From positions 649,179-713,178 of the forward strand of contig NIVC01000104.1 of the NCBI GenBank assembly GCA_002269645.1: DNA of 64,000 bases, in the 5' to 3' direction. Under the pieces are notes generated by a model that had not been told where the DNA came from, made no database searches, and saw nothing but the letters and a program-made list of their open reading frames with translations. Source of the DNA: Macrostomum lignano. Its lineage: Eukaryota. Both the position numbers and the translations under genes were made by a program. The number at the start of each line of letters is the position of its first letter. Position 1 is the stretch's first letter. Positions 63,586 to 64,000 of this stretch are shown here, in pieces.

Positions 63586-64000
63586 AAGAGAGGAGTGTGA
63601 AGAGGGATTGAGGAGAGAAGGGAGAAGAAAGAGAAGCGACGAGACAAGAGAGGGGCGATTAGAGAGACTACTGTAAAATTTCAAGGACCCGAGGGCCGGA
63701 TAGAGACAGCTTCGTAGGCCGGAGTCTGCAGACCCCAGGGTTTAAAAGAGAGCACACTCCATAATAGCAGTAGGAAGGATCGTCACGTTAAATTGAAGAA
63801 ATTAATTAGCATAAAGTCAATAAGAATCACACGAGACCACCGGCAGGTGTTTAGAATTTACATTTCGAGACAGAAGTGCAACCAAAAGATACATTTGAAG
63901 TGCAAAAATTGGAACTTTCTCCCAACGAGGTTTTCTGTAATTCAATATCCAAGTTAGAGATTCTGTGGTCAGGAATTCTGATAGCCGAAATATTGAGCAA

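Noticed and set aside
62136-63684. EERRG and LLSSP repeat ORFs of 210-481 aa
   Set aside because: Translations of the (GAGAG)n microsatellite.

Overview
Eukaryotic (invertebrate) genomic DNA: GC-rich exons in AT-rich, minisatellite-laden introns and intergenic DNA. The style suggests a flatworm such as Macrostomum (inference only). Genes reconstructed by hand from splice sites and reading phase: a large repeat-rich S/R/H/P ORF of unknown function (-); a divergent PNPO-like FMN-binding protein (+, 2 exons seen); a TARG1/OARD1 macrodomain protein (-); an SLC37A4-like MFS transporter (-); a 6-exon UBASH3/Sts-like protein (+, UBA-2H-SH3-His phosphatase); an HR96/NR1J-like nuclear receptor (-); and a secreted PAN/Apple + ALK/LTK-type glycine-rich-domain protein (-) with an inverted pseudogene copy. 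Mobile DNA: a MULE transposon (FLYWCH + DDE, long repeat-containing TIRs, 9-bp TSD), a young CsRn1-clade Ty3/gypsy element with identical LTRs, a CORE-like tRNA SINE, several MITEs and a Helitron-like junction. No CRISPR, rRNA or convincing tRNA genes. Residue comparisons to human or mouse proteins are by-eye alignments from memory and need computational confirmation.
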